64,000 nt of DNA, taken from Octopus vulgaris (taxonomy: Eukaryota). Shown here one piece after another: positions 26,925 to 42,545 of this stretch. Below the pieces are notes generated by a model. It was not told where the DNA came from. It saw only the letters and a list, made by a program, of their open reading frames with translations, and did no database searches. The position numbers and the translations under genes are program-made. Position 1 is the first letter of the stretch, and each line of letters opens with the position of its first letter. The stretch covers positions 51,894,001-51,958,000 of the forward strand of contig OX597828.1 of NCBI GenBank assembly GCA_951406725.2, given 5' to 3'.

Positions 26925-27899
26925 AGTCAGGCGTATGTCGTCTCACTTTATGATCTAACCACTAATATTCCCTGTTATCTCAAAGGTTTGTCATCCAATT
27001 TCAGGTGTACACCGATAGATTTATATAACTAACAGTGATAGAACTAATATATTAAGTATATACTGGAGCTACGTTAGCAGAAATGTATTACATATGTATG
27101 TGTATGAATAAGTTGTATATGCATGTATGCAAGTATGTACAGCTTGATACAGGCACACACGCATACACGCACGCATGCATATATATAACTATATAATAGT
27201 CGCAAAAATATATATACGTCTCGACGCATAGCTCCGAGATTTCAACAATTCGCAAGAGTTTTGCAGAATGATATATTTTCGATATAATAAGAACTCTGTA
27301 TTTCTGTAATCAATATAGCGCTTTTCTATATCTTAATTTTAAATAACATTTTTATTGTTATTCTCTGAGAATAAAACAGTTTACTATAATAAAGTTTTCA
27401 CACGCAAAAACGCCCGTAATTGAATTTTCGCTATTTCAACATTTTACGCAGAATACTGGCTTTAACTGATAGCATTACTGATGTGTGGAAACCAATAAAT
27501 TTTAGATTTACAAGTGTTATGTTACCCACTGATAACAGTACAACGTGGATGTATTTAATTTATACAAGTGTGTCCAATAATAACATGAATCATGTTCGAA
27601 GAAATTATATAGACTATACATATATATATATTCTAATATATATTCCACAGATAAGATCCAGAGATTCGTGGCAGTGAATATACTTAGGAGTGGTCAATGA
27701 TTCAAACTTAGACCCCGATGTCTTTACGTGGGATCACTTCCACAGGGTGAAGATTGGATATAAGAGAGATCAAATTTGTAAAATTGCGTCTGTATTTCAA
27801 TAAATGGGTAACCAATGTTTCTTAGTGTGCGGCGTTATACTAATACATCTGTTTGTTTTGTACACCACCTGTCTTCGTCTTTTTTTTTTCGTAAACTCT

Positions 27900-27960
<61 letters not shown>

Positions 27961-27980
27961 TATATATATCTATGTATGTG

Positions 27981-28196
27981 GAGCGAAAACACCTAAAGCT
28001 CCACGAGGCTCTGGCAGGAATGGGGGGGGAGGTCCCTGCTGTACTCTTTCGCCACGACTTTATCTCACTCTTTCTTCTGTTGGCCTGCTCGCTCAGCCAG
28101 CGGGATGGCGTTATTTGAAGGCTAAAACAATGCGAAGCACATTGTGACCAGCGATGTGTAGCAACATCTGGTAGTCTGAGCGGTCACGTGATCACA

Positions 28197-28200
<4 letters not shown>
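27981..28200 (+). mobile_element. 5'-truncated SINE family C, tail type 2
   Basis: Homology to 19210-19426. Confidence 0.8.
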
Positions 28201-28257
<57 letters not shown>

Positions 28258-28644
28258 ACTTATAAACAAGGGCAAAGAAAAAAATTCTAATGCCTAATAT
28301 GCCGAAAGTAGACGATGCGTCTAGTTTATAAATTTAACCTTTAAAGGTAATTTTTAATATGCTGGCCAAATTTTCAAAAAATGTTATCCTATATTATATA
28401 TATATATAGGAAAGCAGATTTGAGAATGCAGAGGTATTTTTAAAATGTATATTGACTTGACCGGTTTCACTTTTTTAAAACAAGATTTTCAAAATTAAAA
28501 TGTAAAGCTTTCTATAAACTTTGTAGTGTTAAAATAATGGTTACCATAGTAGTATTAAAATACAGTTATACAGTCTTTGATAATGATAAGAAAATGCTAA
28601 GAAATATAATCTTTGACAATGATAAAAAGATATTCAGTATAAAA

Positions 28645-28812
28645 GGGGTCGATACAGCTTGGCACCTGTGACGTCGCGACTCATTTCTACAGCTGGTTGA
28701 ACTGGAGCAACGTGAAATAAAGTGTCTTGCTCAAGAACACAACACGCAGCCCCATCCGGGATTCATACTCACTACTTCACGATCGTAAGCTCCACGCACT
28801 AACCACTGGTCA
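28645..28812 (-). mobile_element. SINE family D, 5' half
   Basis: Homology to 50546-50712. Confidence 0.75.
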
Positions 28813-29259
28813 AGTCAATAAACATCTTTAAAAGACCTTTGCATTTTCAAATTATCTTCCCTATATATTTTCACTCGTGCGATACCTTGCAAGTTTACTT
28901 TGTTTTATAGATATATATGGTAGTTTGTTCCTGTCCGGCGGTCATGAACAAGAGCGATATGCCTTTAAGTGGCTATATAAACCGATCCTTGACGCTTCAG
29001 GGTTTTCCTTACTGTATGCACTCAAAGTGTGTGGGGGGGGGTGTCTGTTCTGCGCAACCTGATTCCACCCTTTAGACAATAATTCCTAGCGGTTGAGCAG
29101 ACTAAGACGGTTGCTGTGACAAACAAGTTATTGGTTTTACATTGGAGAAATCTTCTCTCGGGTGAATTGCCTCACAGGCTACAAAGCTCCACCAATCTTG
29201 GAGTTCTGGGAAAATTGCCAAAGTGTGCACCGAGGGACTTTACTCTTTGGTTTGCTGTC

Positions 29260-29853
29260 AAGTTTTGCATTCGGTACAATTTTGTTTATTTTAGTAGTTT
29301 TTACCGCAAGGGTCCCTCCTAGCGTGCAGTATCTATGAATAGTAGTACCCTCTATTAATATAAATAAATTTTTTCAAAGTGGAAAAATTTACACATTTTT
29401 TCTCTTACGAGGTTTTTCACGCTAACTACTGATAATTTCTTATAAAGATTTTATCCTCAATTTTAAATTTATATTTTTCACCGGAATAGTTCAATACTGA
29501 AATTTTGTTCCGAGTAAGCAATTTGGTACCGAAATGCATTGCGAATAATTCGCCATTTTCATAGATATGTAAAGATAAACATTCGTACATGCTACGACGA
29601 ATTCTACGGTTGACTGTCGGGTTTGTAATGTTATGTTTTTTCTTATATGTCTTGAGTTTGTTGCACTGATGAGCATAGAATGCATATTCTGCATTAATTG
29701 CGAAATCACAGGTGATATGTAACTAAATTCTTTTTTTTAAATGACTTGCTTTGAAGTTTTGCATTCGGTACAATTTTGTTTATTTTAGTTTTGACCGCAA
29801 GGGTCCCTCCTAGCGTGCGGTATCTATGAATAGTAGTACCCTCTATTAATATA
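29260..29853 (+). mobile_element. Second hammerhead-containing ~494-bp unit with ~100-bp terminal direct repeat (retrozyme / Penelope-like pLTR)
   Basis: aagttttgcattcggtacaattttg...gtaccctctattaatata at 29260-29362 and again at 29754-29853, where it runs into (TA)n. Confidence 0.78.
29660..29723 (+). ncRNA. Type I hammerhead ribozyme
   Basis: Stem I gttgca/tgtaac; CUGAUGA 29666-72; stem II gca...tgc; GAAA 29702-05; stem III tcac-ag-gtga; AUA triplet, cleavage predicted after 29717. Confidence 0.82.
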
Positions 29854-29870
29854 TATATATATATATATAG

Positions 29871-30117
29871 TGGGGGCGCGTGGCTTATTGGTTAGGGTGT
29901 TGAACTCATGATCGTAAGGTGGTGGCTTCGATTCCTGGACCGGATGATGTGTTGTGTTCTTGAGCAAAGCACTTCATTTTCACGTTGCTCCAGTCCACTC
30001 AGCTGGCAAAACTGAGTAATCCTGCGACGGACCGGCGTCCCGTCCAGGTGTAGAATTTCTCCGCCACTGAAACCGTGAAACCGGCCCTTATGAGCCTGGC
30101 ATGGCTCGAGAAGGAAC

Positions 30118-30118
<1 letters not shown>
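29871..30118 (+). mobile_element. SINE family D head with tail type 3
   Basis: Tail cctgcgacggaccggcgtcccgtccagg...atgagcctggcatggctcgagaaggaac is shared with 59452-59550. Confidence 0.8.
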
Positions 30119-30168
<50 letters not shown>

Positions 30169-30300
30169 CCAACATGATTGCGCTTTCTGTTAATAAGATA
30201 TACAAGTATATGTATGTACGTATGCATGCGTGTACTTATGGATAGATGTACGTATGTGAGTACCTATGTGTGTATGCATTCATGTATATCCGCATGTATA

Positions 30301-30582
30301 ATTTTTCTTTGAGTTTAATTTAAGCTTTCTTGAGAGAATTCAAACCGGTTGCTAATAAAGCAATGCGACAGTTGAATTACGATAGTTCCCGGTATTTGGA
30401 AATATGAGGCTGGGTTATTGTGTTGGTTGAACTGTCGAAGCATACCCACAAGTCCATCTATTCCCATAAGAATCTCACATGGAAATTTTCTGGAATGTCT
30501 CACAAATCGGTACTGTGTCACTAATACATGGGATCTGGAGAATCCGCGTCAGATTCTTTTGCTTTTTTTTCCGTGGAACCGG
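30301..30582. mobile_element. Unclassified ~280-bp repeat flanked by (TATG)n
   Basis: Diverged homolog at 54914-55173 with the same ends (atttttctttgagt...gagaatccg.gtcag...aaccg.g(tatg)n). Confidence 0.65.
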
Positions 30583-31662
30583 GTATGTATGTATGTATGT
30601 ATGTATGTATGTATGTATGTATGTATGTATGTATGTATGTATGTATGTATGTATGTATGTATTTATGTATGTATAAAACCTGATTATATTTGTCAGAATC
30701 TTCTCATTAAAACCATCCCAAGCTTATATGTTAACTCCCCTGTAAATGAAAATTTACCTTGATACTGTGTAGTTTATCTTCATACCTGTGTATTCAGAGA
30801 AAGGTTTGTAAAACATTATACCAGTTGTCTCACAGTCTGCTGGGATTATCATCACGTTACTCTCTTGAACGTCCAAATCTTAATCCAGTTAGTTAGGATC
30901 ATCACTTGAAAGTGCATGAAGCAGACATCTGACTGATTAAACGCATCGCCTATTGCTTATAAATCTCCCACCTATTTCCCGTTTGAGTCACCACCTGCCA
31001 ATTACAAATACAAACTAATGGAGATTAATGTTATTATTTCTTTCGTTTGTACACACATAAACCAAATGTATTTATCCGTTTATATCTATTTGTAGAGAAT
31101 TCATCTATAAACGTCAAAAACTATACCCACAGTAATGAAAAATTTAATTAACGCTGCGAATCTACAATGCATTATTATAAATGCATTAAATTCTGATGGT
31201 ACAAATTTGCATGTATCTAGATAATCGGCTAAAATGATTTTTAAAGGCAACATATTTAGAATGAAGAGCAGAAAACGATAAACTTAATGATTTAATTGTG
31301 TTCAAGGCATCTACATGATAGCTCTTGGAAATTGTATTTTCTATAACCTCTGCTTAGCCACTACCTTTTAAAATTAAACTGAGTAGAGAGAAACTGTAAT
31401 GAAGGCTGTTGGGTGGATTGTAAAAGCACAAAAAAGACCATGAAACTGCAAAAATATCTTACCATAGGCAATATATACATTTATACGAGTATACATACAT
31501 ATATGTGTGTGTTTGTGTTTGTGTATGTGTATTGTTGTATTTCGAAATAGTCACATTTGCCCAATTAAACACGCACAAGTTTAACAACTACAGCAATATC
31601 TGTTTCAACACAGGATTTCACACGTAGAATCTGGCAAAACAAGTACATGTACACACACACAC

Positions 31663-31733
<71 letters not shown>

Positions 31734-31865
31734 TACACACATGCACACACATAATATACATGTAGGTATAGCCCTTCAACTTGTGACTAGTTTGATAATT
31801 GCAAACGCACGAAACTCATTCGACTTGAGTCACTCTGTTACTTTTGATTTTTATATATATATATG

Positions 31866-31915
<50 letters not shown>

Positions 31916-33693
31916 TATCTGATGATCTATAACATGAAACTCAGTGTAACATTGTATGAAATCCTTGAGCTTTAACAACTTATTAGATATGCGTGTATTT
32001 CCGGGTGAGTGTTTGCGAGCGCGCGCGAGTGTCATATAACACTATTATATATAATATATAATAAACTTATGATAGATATAAAAACCAAAAGTCTCATGTA
32101 CACGGACAGGAGTAAGATACCTGATAGCCACTGGAGATAAGCTTTAGGTATAAACAATGTCAATATTATATTGACGGTTATGTGTCTCATATACAATTCA
32201 GCTACAAGCTCTTGACGTTTACTAAAGTATATAAATAATTTTTGTCAGTTTCCAGGTGAAAAGAAATCGTAAATTGAAGAATATTTTTCTTCATAAAATG
32301 ATGCGAACCTCATTTCCGAAAGCCGTGGTGAACATAAATTTTTTTAAAAATCACCGACAAAATGGAGAAAATGTCACTAATCCGAAACCCCGGCCTGCAA
32401 TACTAATAATTCTATAAATACTAAAGTAATGTAACAAAGTTCTTGTAACATGGCTAAGAATTTTGCCTTCCATTTTATTGCCTCAATGCATTCCGATTTT
32501 GCTTGGAGACTTCATTACACCGCCAAGTTTACAAACTCAGAGCCATGAATTGCATAATCTGTTTATTCAGGTTGTAAATTTTTTCTCCGATTGTCTTTTG
32601 TTGTTTTTTTTTTTTTTCTTTTGCTCTAGGATATTTATTGCTTTCTTCACGTTAGTACTAAAGAGATGTAATATTAAATGGCCTTGTTCTTGTTTACCGT
32701 TGTAATTCTGTGTTGCTGGCAGCTCGAAACACTTTCCATTGATTCTTGTTCTTAGAGAACACTCTAGCTTATCTCTAGCAGTGTTTCTCATAGTTTTAGC
32801 GCTGTGAGGGCTGAAAAGATGACGGACAAATATATGCATTAATGAAATTTAGCTAGTTTTAAACGTTTTAAACATATTCCACAAGAAGAATTATTCTGAG
32901 GCATATTCTATATTAAATTCGCTGCATTAAGGAGTTGAGGGTAGCAAAATAATTGCTCTAAAATTATATGGAAAGGGATGATTTTCATAGGCTAGAGTAT
33001 TTCTGATCCACAAGATCCATGTTCGTCACTCGGATTGAAGAATAAAAGAAAAACATTGAAAGACTCCACGTTTCATTTTATACCTAAGTATTTGCATAAA
33101 TCTCAGTTGTGATTATATCCTTTCTCTTATATTTGTAACAATTGTTTCTCATACAAACACAAGGCCAGATGATGGCGAGATTTAGTTGATGAAATCAACC
33201 ACACTCCTTGATATAGGTTATCGATCCTTAGAGGATAAAAGTTAGTCACGGTAGGATTCGATCTCAAAATGCATACAGCAGACAGCAGGAAGAAATTTAC
33301 ATCAGAAATAATTATTTCTAATTTAGGCACAAGGCCAGCAATCTCGAAGTGAATTGTGTAGTCAAAGCTACGGAACCCAGAATTTGATTGGTATATTTTT
33401 TTAAATATCAGTGAGGATTACATGCAAATTTAAGCTTAGTAAGGATTGAACTCGGAAGTAAAGAGCCGAATTTAATCGACAAGGTTATTATTTCCGGCGT
33501 CCTAACGAGACTCCCAATCATTCCGTCTTCGCAAAATTAAAAGATAATTAGAAAATATACTAATGAAAAAACACCTATTCCTCGAAAAGTCTTACATTTC
33601 GTGTCGATCTGGTGCAGGAACTGAAAATCCATCTGCTAAGCTCTCTTTAAGTCAATATAACGGATTATCTAGAGGCGCACTAAACAACTTTTA

Positions 33694-34360
33694 TCTCTCT
33701 CTATATAAACGGCAGTTTGTCTGTGCGTGTTTCTGTGTGTCTGTTTGCTTGTACCTTCACCCTGACCACGGCTTTCAACCGATTCTGATGAAACTTGACG
33801 CACACATAGCCCAATGTCATAATTCAAAACTAACGCAGCGAAAATTTTGAAAAGTTCCCCCAGTTACATTAATTAAATTTCTCTCTGAGACAACTTACGT
33901 AGCTGGCCTTTTCAGTGGTTGAATATGCTTTAACGTGCAAAGTAAAAATTGTGCATAAAGTATAACAAATTTCTTGGTAACTATTGTAAGAATTTTAAGT
34001 TCTCCGCATCAAGACGAAAGCACGTTTAAACGCTGATGCTTTAACTTGGTTCATAAATCTTTTCACTCGCATGAATTTTTCATATACCAGTGTTTGTTTT
34101 TATCCCATGAGACCTAACTAAAGTTGAAAGAAGATAATTAAAATAATTAACGAAAAAATCGATAAATTCGACATGGGGTCGAGAATCAGAAACACGAACT
34201 ACAAACTGTCTAGGGGACGCAACTCCACCTTTTTTAAATCTCAAAAAAAATTTACCATCATTTTTTTCCATTTTTTTGCTATTTTTTGGCTATCACTCTC
34301 TAAAAATGCTTTATAGTTATTTCCCTTACAAACCTGAGCAACGCCGGGCGATACTGCTAG
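33694..34360 (+). mobile_element. Non-autonomous Helitron
   Basis: Starts A|TCtctctctatataaacggcag. Ends with hairpin cctgagcaacgccggg, spacer and CTAG|T. No TSD. Confidence 0.82.
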
Positions 34361-34799
34361 TTGAAATATACGTGTCTACATTTATATTTAGCATATCCTT
34401 AACATTGGAAAGACTTTCGCTGTTTGTAATTGATGAAACGTTACGACACAAGAATCCTGCGCTCCGGTGACGTCACACAAGATCCAAAAATACGTTTTAC
34501 ATTAATTAGAATTTCTCTCTGGAGACAACTTACGTAGCGTGGCCTTTTCAGTGGTTGAATATGCTTTAACGTGCAAAGTAAAAATTGTGCATAAAGTATA
34601 ACAAATTTCTTGGTAACTATTGTAAGAATTTTAAGTTCTCCGCATCAAGACGAAAGCACGTTTAAACGCTGATGCTTTAACTTGGTTCATAAATCTTTTC
34701 ACTCGCATGAATTTTTCATATACCAGCAGAAATCACGTTTGTTTTTATCCCATGAGACCTAACTAAAGTTGAAAGAAGATAATTAAAATAATTAACGAA
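33864..34799 (+). repeat. Local ~290-bp direct duplication (33864-34154 inside the Helitron; 34497-34799 in the flank)
   Basis: Near-identical; the internal copy has a few 1-nt deletions and a ~9-nt deletion. Confidence 0.9.
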
Positions 34800-35443
34800 T
34801 ATAATTAGCAGAAATAAAACACAAGAGAATTTAGTCTCCTGGTTTTGACAGTGAATGATAAGAATAAAATAAATTTACAAATATCAAATGAAAGATTCCG
34901 TTTGTTGAAAGAGCAGAAGAGATGAGAAGGAAACTAATCGGGGATGGAGTACAGCCTTTACAAAATTGATGAAGGCATGCTTATCTACTAGATATTATGA
35001 TTTCTAACATAAGTAAAATGTTATACGCTATCGATGAGTGATCAATGATTCCGTCCTATGAAAATAAAAGATAAAATTAATCAAACTGGTTTTAAGGGTG
35101 TAAATTCACGCATAATTCGTCCTGACAAAAGAATTCAGATGGCTCGTTTCACAGACAGGTGTAATGCAGTTAAACAGCATCAATGAACGTGTAAGTCTGA
35201 TGAAGATTTTGAAACAAACGGACATTGTAGTGGACAGTTAATCTGTAACAGGGCTTTAGAGTATATTAAAACCGATGATTAAACAGTTATAGGAGTAATG
35301 CACTTGCATTATAAGATGCTATGATAACATTAGATACGTGTGTACATGCGTTTATCATATAAATATGCATATACATATTTTAATATGCATATATATATGT
35401 ATATATTTACAAGCACACATTCAGAGATACACATATAGGTATC

Positions 35444-36141
<698 letters not shown>

Positions 36142-36701
36142 GAGTGAGAGAGCAGTTCATGCCATCAAAGTGACACTGGGGTAAAATATACGAAACTCAA
36201 TATACCCATCATGACTACCCGTCTGATAATGGTACACTAGGCACATGCATCACGACCATATTTGCGCGACATGGTGATCTCATATCAACAAAAAACAGCA
36301 CATGACCTTGCAGGTGGGGCCCAGTTAGATTTTTTTTCAGGTTGAGTAGCCCATCCCGCTCAAAAGGTCCCTGAATAAGGGTTGTTTAAGGATGTTGAAA
36401 GAACCACCCATGTTTCCAGAGGTGAATTATTCAAACCCCAAAGAATCCCTCTCAACACACGGCTATGATGCTCCCCCACTACTTCTGCTCGTGATCAGAG
36501 ATGCACATATCGTCAGCCACTAAGGGACATGCTCAACTGGTTAAGGTCAAACAACTGACAAGCAAATCTGTGGTATTGAGCAGAATATTTGCTGTAGCCC
36601 ATCTTTTATACCAAGACAAAACAATGTACATGATAACACTTCCGATAAGTTAAGATCAGAAGCCATGAGGACCACTGCCTGGTACGGCATCAGGGCATTT
36701 A
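36142..36701 (-). mobile_element. Non-coding ~560-bp (TAA)n-tailed retroelement (copy 1)
   Basis: Starts taaatgccctgatg and ends ctctctcactc(aat)n. Homologs at 36755-37241 and 25821-25962. Confidence 0.8.
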
Positions 36702-36709
36702 TTCCGGCA

Positions 36710-36754
<45 letters not shown>

Positions 36755-36756
<2 letters not shown>

Positions 36757-37241
36757 AATGCCCTGATGCAATACCAGGCGGTGGCACTTATGGCCTCTGA
36801 TCTTAACTGACTGGAGGCGTTATCATGTACATGTTTTGTCTTGGTCTAAAAGATGGGCTACAGCAAATATTCTGTTCAATACCACAGATTTGCTTGTCAG
36901 TTGTTTGACTTTAACCAGTTGAGCTGATGTTATGTGCATCTCTGATCACGAGCAGAAGTAGTGGGGCTGGAACACAGCCATACTTTGAGAGGATATCTCT
37001 GGCGGGTTGAATAATTCATCACTGGAAACATGGGTATTTTATACATCATTCTTAATCAAACCTTATACCTGAACATTTTTAGCAGGATGCGCTACTCGAC
37101 CTGAAAGAAATTCTAACTGGGCCCCCACCTGCAAGGTCATGTACTGTATATCTTGGTATGACATCACCATATCGTGCACACATGGGCTTTGTATATTTGT
37201 ATCTCAGTGTCATTTTGATGGTATGTATCGCTATCTTACTC
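36755..37241 (+). mobile_element. Same family, more diverged copy 2, head-to-head with copy 1
   Basis: taaatgccctgatgcaataccaggc...ctatcttactc(aat)n. Confidence 0.78.
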
Positions 37242-37272
<31 letters not shown>

Positions 37273-37410
37273 GTTTCAAATTTTGCTAAAAGGGCAACAA
37301 CTTTGGGACAGGTGATGAGTTGATCACATGGACCCCAGTCGTCAACTAGCACTTAATTTACCCACCCTGAAAGGATGAAAGGTATAGATGAGGTCAACTA
37401 ATTTGAACAC
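37273..37410 (-). mobile_element. Degraded SINE family B fragment
   Basis: ggaccccagt..aactagcacttaatttacccaccctgaaaggatgaaagg. Confidence 0.6.
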
Positions 37411-37439
37411 AGAAAGTAGTACATGTATATATGAATATA

Positions 37440-39310
<1,871 letters not shown>

Positions 39311-40451
39311 TATAGAGACATGTCTGTTCTCTTTATATTCTTATATCAAATAAATAGTGTTGTTTTTGCGCTAGATCACAGAATATAATAGAAGTTTGAA
39401 ACAAGAAAAATAAAGTCAACGCACACCAGACTTCAAATATACAATTTGATTATATATAGTGGTTGGCGACAATATACACATACAAATATACCAGTTTCTT
39501 TAAGTATTTTTCCCTTGTACACCATCGTGTCTCTGCAATAATTTGTTTTTGTATGCTTTCATATTTTGGCTTGTTTCCGTCATGGTCTGCGCACATACTA
39601 GAGCATTCTGTGAAAGAATTTGGCCAAGGAAACACATTTCTATTAATGTCTGATACTTTCTGTATCGACATCATTTGCCGAACTGCTCTCAGTAGCCAAG
39701 TGGTAGGAGAAGAAATACAAGCATAAAGACGTATAATCCACATACACGTGCGCACACACATACACCTACACACTCGCACACAAATACCTACATGCATGTA
39801 TGTCTATGCATGTATATGTACGTGTAAATTCAATGCAAGGAGAATAAAAAAAGCAACGTATAAAGAATAACGTTTTACAAGTATGGTATTAATTTACTTC
39901 TTCAATGGGCGAAGACAATGTTTTAACTTTTCGTACTTTGGACATTCATCAGAAGGTAAAACTAAATAAAAGCTATAAGAATGGGAGAGAGAAACAACTA
40001 GAGTGAAAAAAGAGAGTGATAAACAGAGGAAGATCAAAATATAAGGACACTGGAGAATGATGAGGAGTTAGAAACCCGGGTAGAAACATGTCCTAGGCTT
40101 GGAAGGTAGAAAGGGTAGAATTGGCAGTTGTGTAGATGCATGTATCGGGGAGTACGATGAAAAAGTGTTCACGTGTGTGTTAATTTGCTACATGTGTATA
40201 AGTGAGTACAAGTGAGGAATAATATTTGTGTTGGTTAATGAAGGTGGGAGACGTGGGTATATAAGTGTGTGAATATATGAAAGCGTCTACTACCGTGGAT
40301 AGATAAAGATGTTATATACACACATTACTCCAAGTACAAGATGGAAGGTAATGTACCTCTATACAGTTTGTTACTACAATATTCCCTTACAAAGCTTTTG
40401 CTTGCCATCAGGGCCAATCCCGGAATTGTATGGTTACCAAGCAGGTGCCAG

Positions 40452-40750
40452 AAGGCACATTGGTTTAGTGGTTGGGTTGTTATGTCATGATCGTAAAGCC
40501 ATGATTTCTTATTCCGGCGGCGCGTTGTATCTTTGAGTAGTGTACTTTATTTCACGCTGCGCTGCACCAGTCCATTCATCTAGTACAAATGAATGGTACC
40601 TGTATTCCATACAGCCAGCCTTGCCACACACACATTATCACGCTGAATCTCTTAGAGAATTACGTTAATGGTACACGTGTCTGTGGTGTGCTCAGCCACT
40701 TGCATGGTATTTTCAGGAGCAGTCTATTCCATTGATCGGATCAATCGATG
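40452..40750 (+). mobile_element. Degraded SINE family D head with tail type 1
   Basis: Similar to 52456-52776. Confidence 0.65.
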
Positions 40751-41227
40751 AAGTGCTAGAATAACTACAAACTGAATACTTATATATCTAAAAACATAAG
40801 AATGTAAACCATGAAAATGGCATTAATTTGTATAGATATGCTAGTGGGCTTTTAACTGTAGATTTTGTAAGCTTGTAGGGTTGTGTGATATCCAGAATCA
40901 ATAAGTCACAGCAGGTGATTAAACTGGGGTTAATCCTCGCTTTCTGTACGTGATAATAAGGGTATTAATTACATATTGGAATCAATGTTTCACAACTTGT
41001 TGACGTCAAATAAGTCGAATATATTGTCGTTCACAGCAACCACAATAATATATAATAATGACACTCTGGTTCTTTGTTGGGTAAGACTTAAAAGACTCGG
41101 CTAGCTTTTCACCTGAGAAAATCTTAAGATATTTTGAGAAACATTTGATCATCTACTGGTTTAGAGAATGTTTTACAATATTAGATACAGAGAGAATCAT
41201 CTCAAAATGAAAGAAAGGAAAGGCACG

Positions 41228-41285
<58 letters not shown>

Positions 41286-41912
41286 AAAGAAATATATTGA
41301 GTTCGGTGTAGTCTGTGTAAATCGTATTGTAACTCGACATTAATGTTTACAAAACGTAAAGAACTCGTGTAATTTATATTGAATAAAGGCAGCATAGAAA
41401 TAAAGCTGTAGAAGCCAAAACTAATAAATATGTAATAAATAGAAAAAAAAAAGTAAGGTAGAATAAAAGAGAAACAAAAAAATAAGGAAAAGAAAGAAAA
41501 AAAATGTACCTTTTTACATAATCTTTGGCTCCCATGCTGCGGTATATACAACCGCTATATACGCGCATTCACGCAATTTCATAGTAATTTTGTACACGCA
41601 AACATTCATGTACGCGCTTACGCATATACGCTCAAACACGCACACACTCATACACACTCACACACACACACACAAACACACATGTATATACATATCTTTT
41701 AGTCTTTAATAGTAAGAGTGATTCGACTACGGCCATATTGGAGCAAGGTTTTAGTCGAACGGATCGATTCCAGTAAGCTTGATACTTATTTTACACGGGG
41801 ACGTAAATATACAAACACCGGTGGCGAAACAGTGATGGTGGCCCAAAACACAAACATAAACAAGCACACGTCCATATGTACATATATACGAACAACTTCT
41901 TTCGGTTTCTGT

Positions 41913-42143
41913 CGGCGGCGAGCTGGCAGAAACGTTAGCACGCCGGGCGAAATGCTTAGCGGTATTTCGTCTGTGTTACGTTGTGAGTTCAAATTCCGCC
42001 GAGGTCGACTTTGCCTTTCATCCTTTCGGGGTCGATAAATTAAGTACCAGTTACGCACTGGGGTCGATGTAATTTACTTAATACCTATGTCTGTCCTTGT
42101 TTGTCCCCTCTGTGTTTAGCCCCTTGTGGGTAATAAAGAAATA
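41913..42143 (+). mobile_element. Full-length SINE family B nested in an older minus-strand family A copy (about 41695-42175)
   Basis: 9-bp TSD ggtttctgt at 41904-41912 and 42144-42152. Confidence 0.9.
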
Positions 42144-42196
42144 GGTTTCTGTATTCCAAATCTACTCACAATGCTTATATACATACATACATACAT

Positions 42197-42240
<44 letters not shown>

Positions 42241-42253
42241 TTAGGTATATATA

Positions 42254-42545
42254 GGTTAGGGCAGCGGATTCGTGGTCGTAGGATCGCGGTTTCGATTCCC
42301 AGACCGGGCGTTGTGAGTGTATATTGAGCGAAAACACCTAAAGCTCCACGAGTCTCCGGCAGGAGGTGGTGGCGATCCCTGCTGTACTATTTCGCCACAA
42401 ATTTCACTCACTCTTTCTTCTGTTGGCCTGCTCGCTTAGTCAGCGGGGTGGCGTCATTTGTAGGCTAAAACAATGCGAAGCGCATTGTGACCAGCGGTGT
42501 GTAGCAACATCTGATAGCCTGGTCGGTCACGGTGATCACGGTGAT
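42254..42545 (+). mobile_element. SINE family C, tail type 2
   Basis: Homology to 19117-19426. Confidence 0.85.

Noticed and set aside
31915-31960. ctgatga...gaaac hammerhead-like cores (also about 35197-35225 and about 11055-11100)
   Set aside because: Stems I-III could not be paired convincingly.
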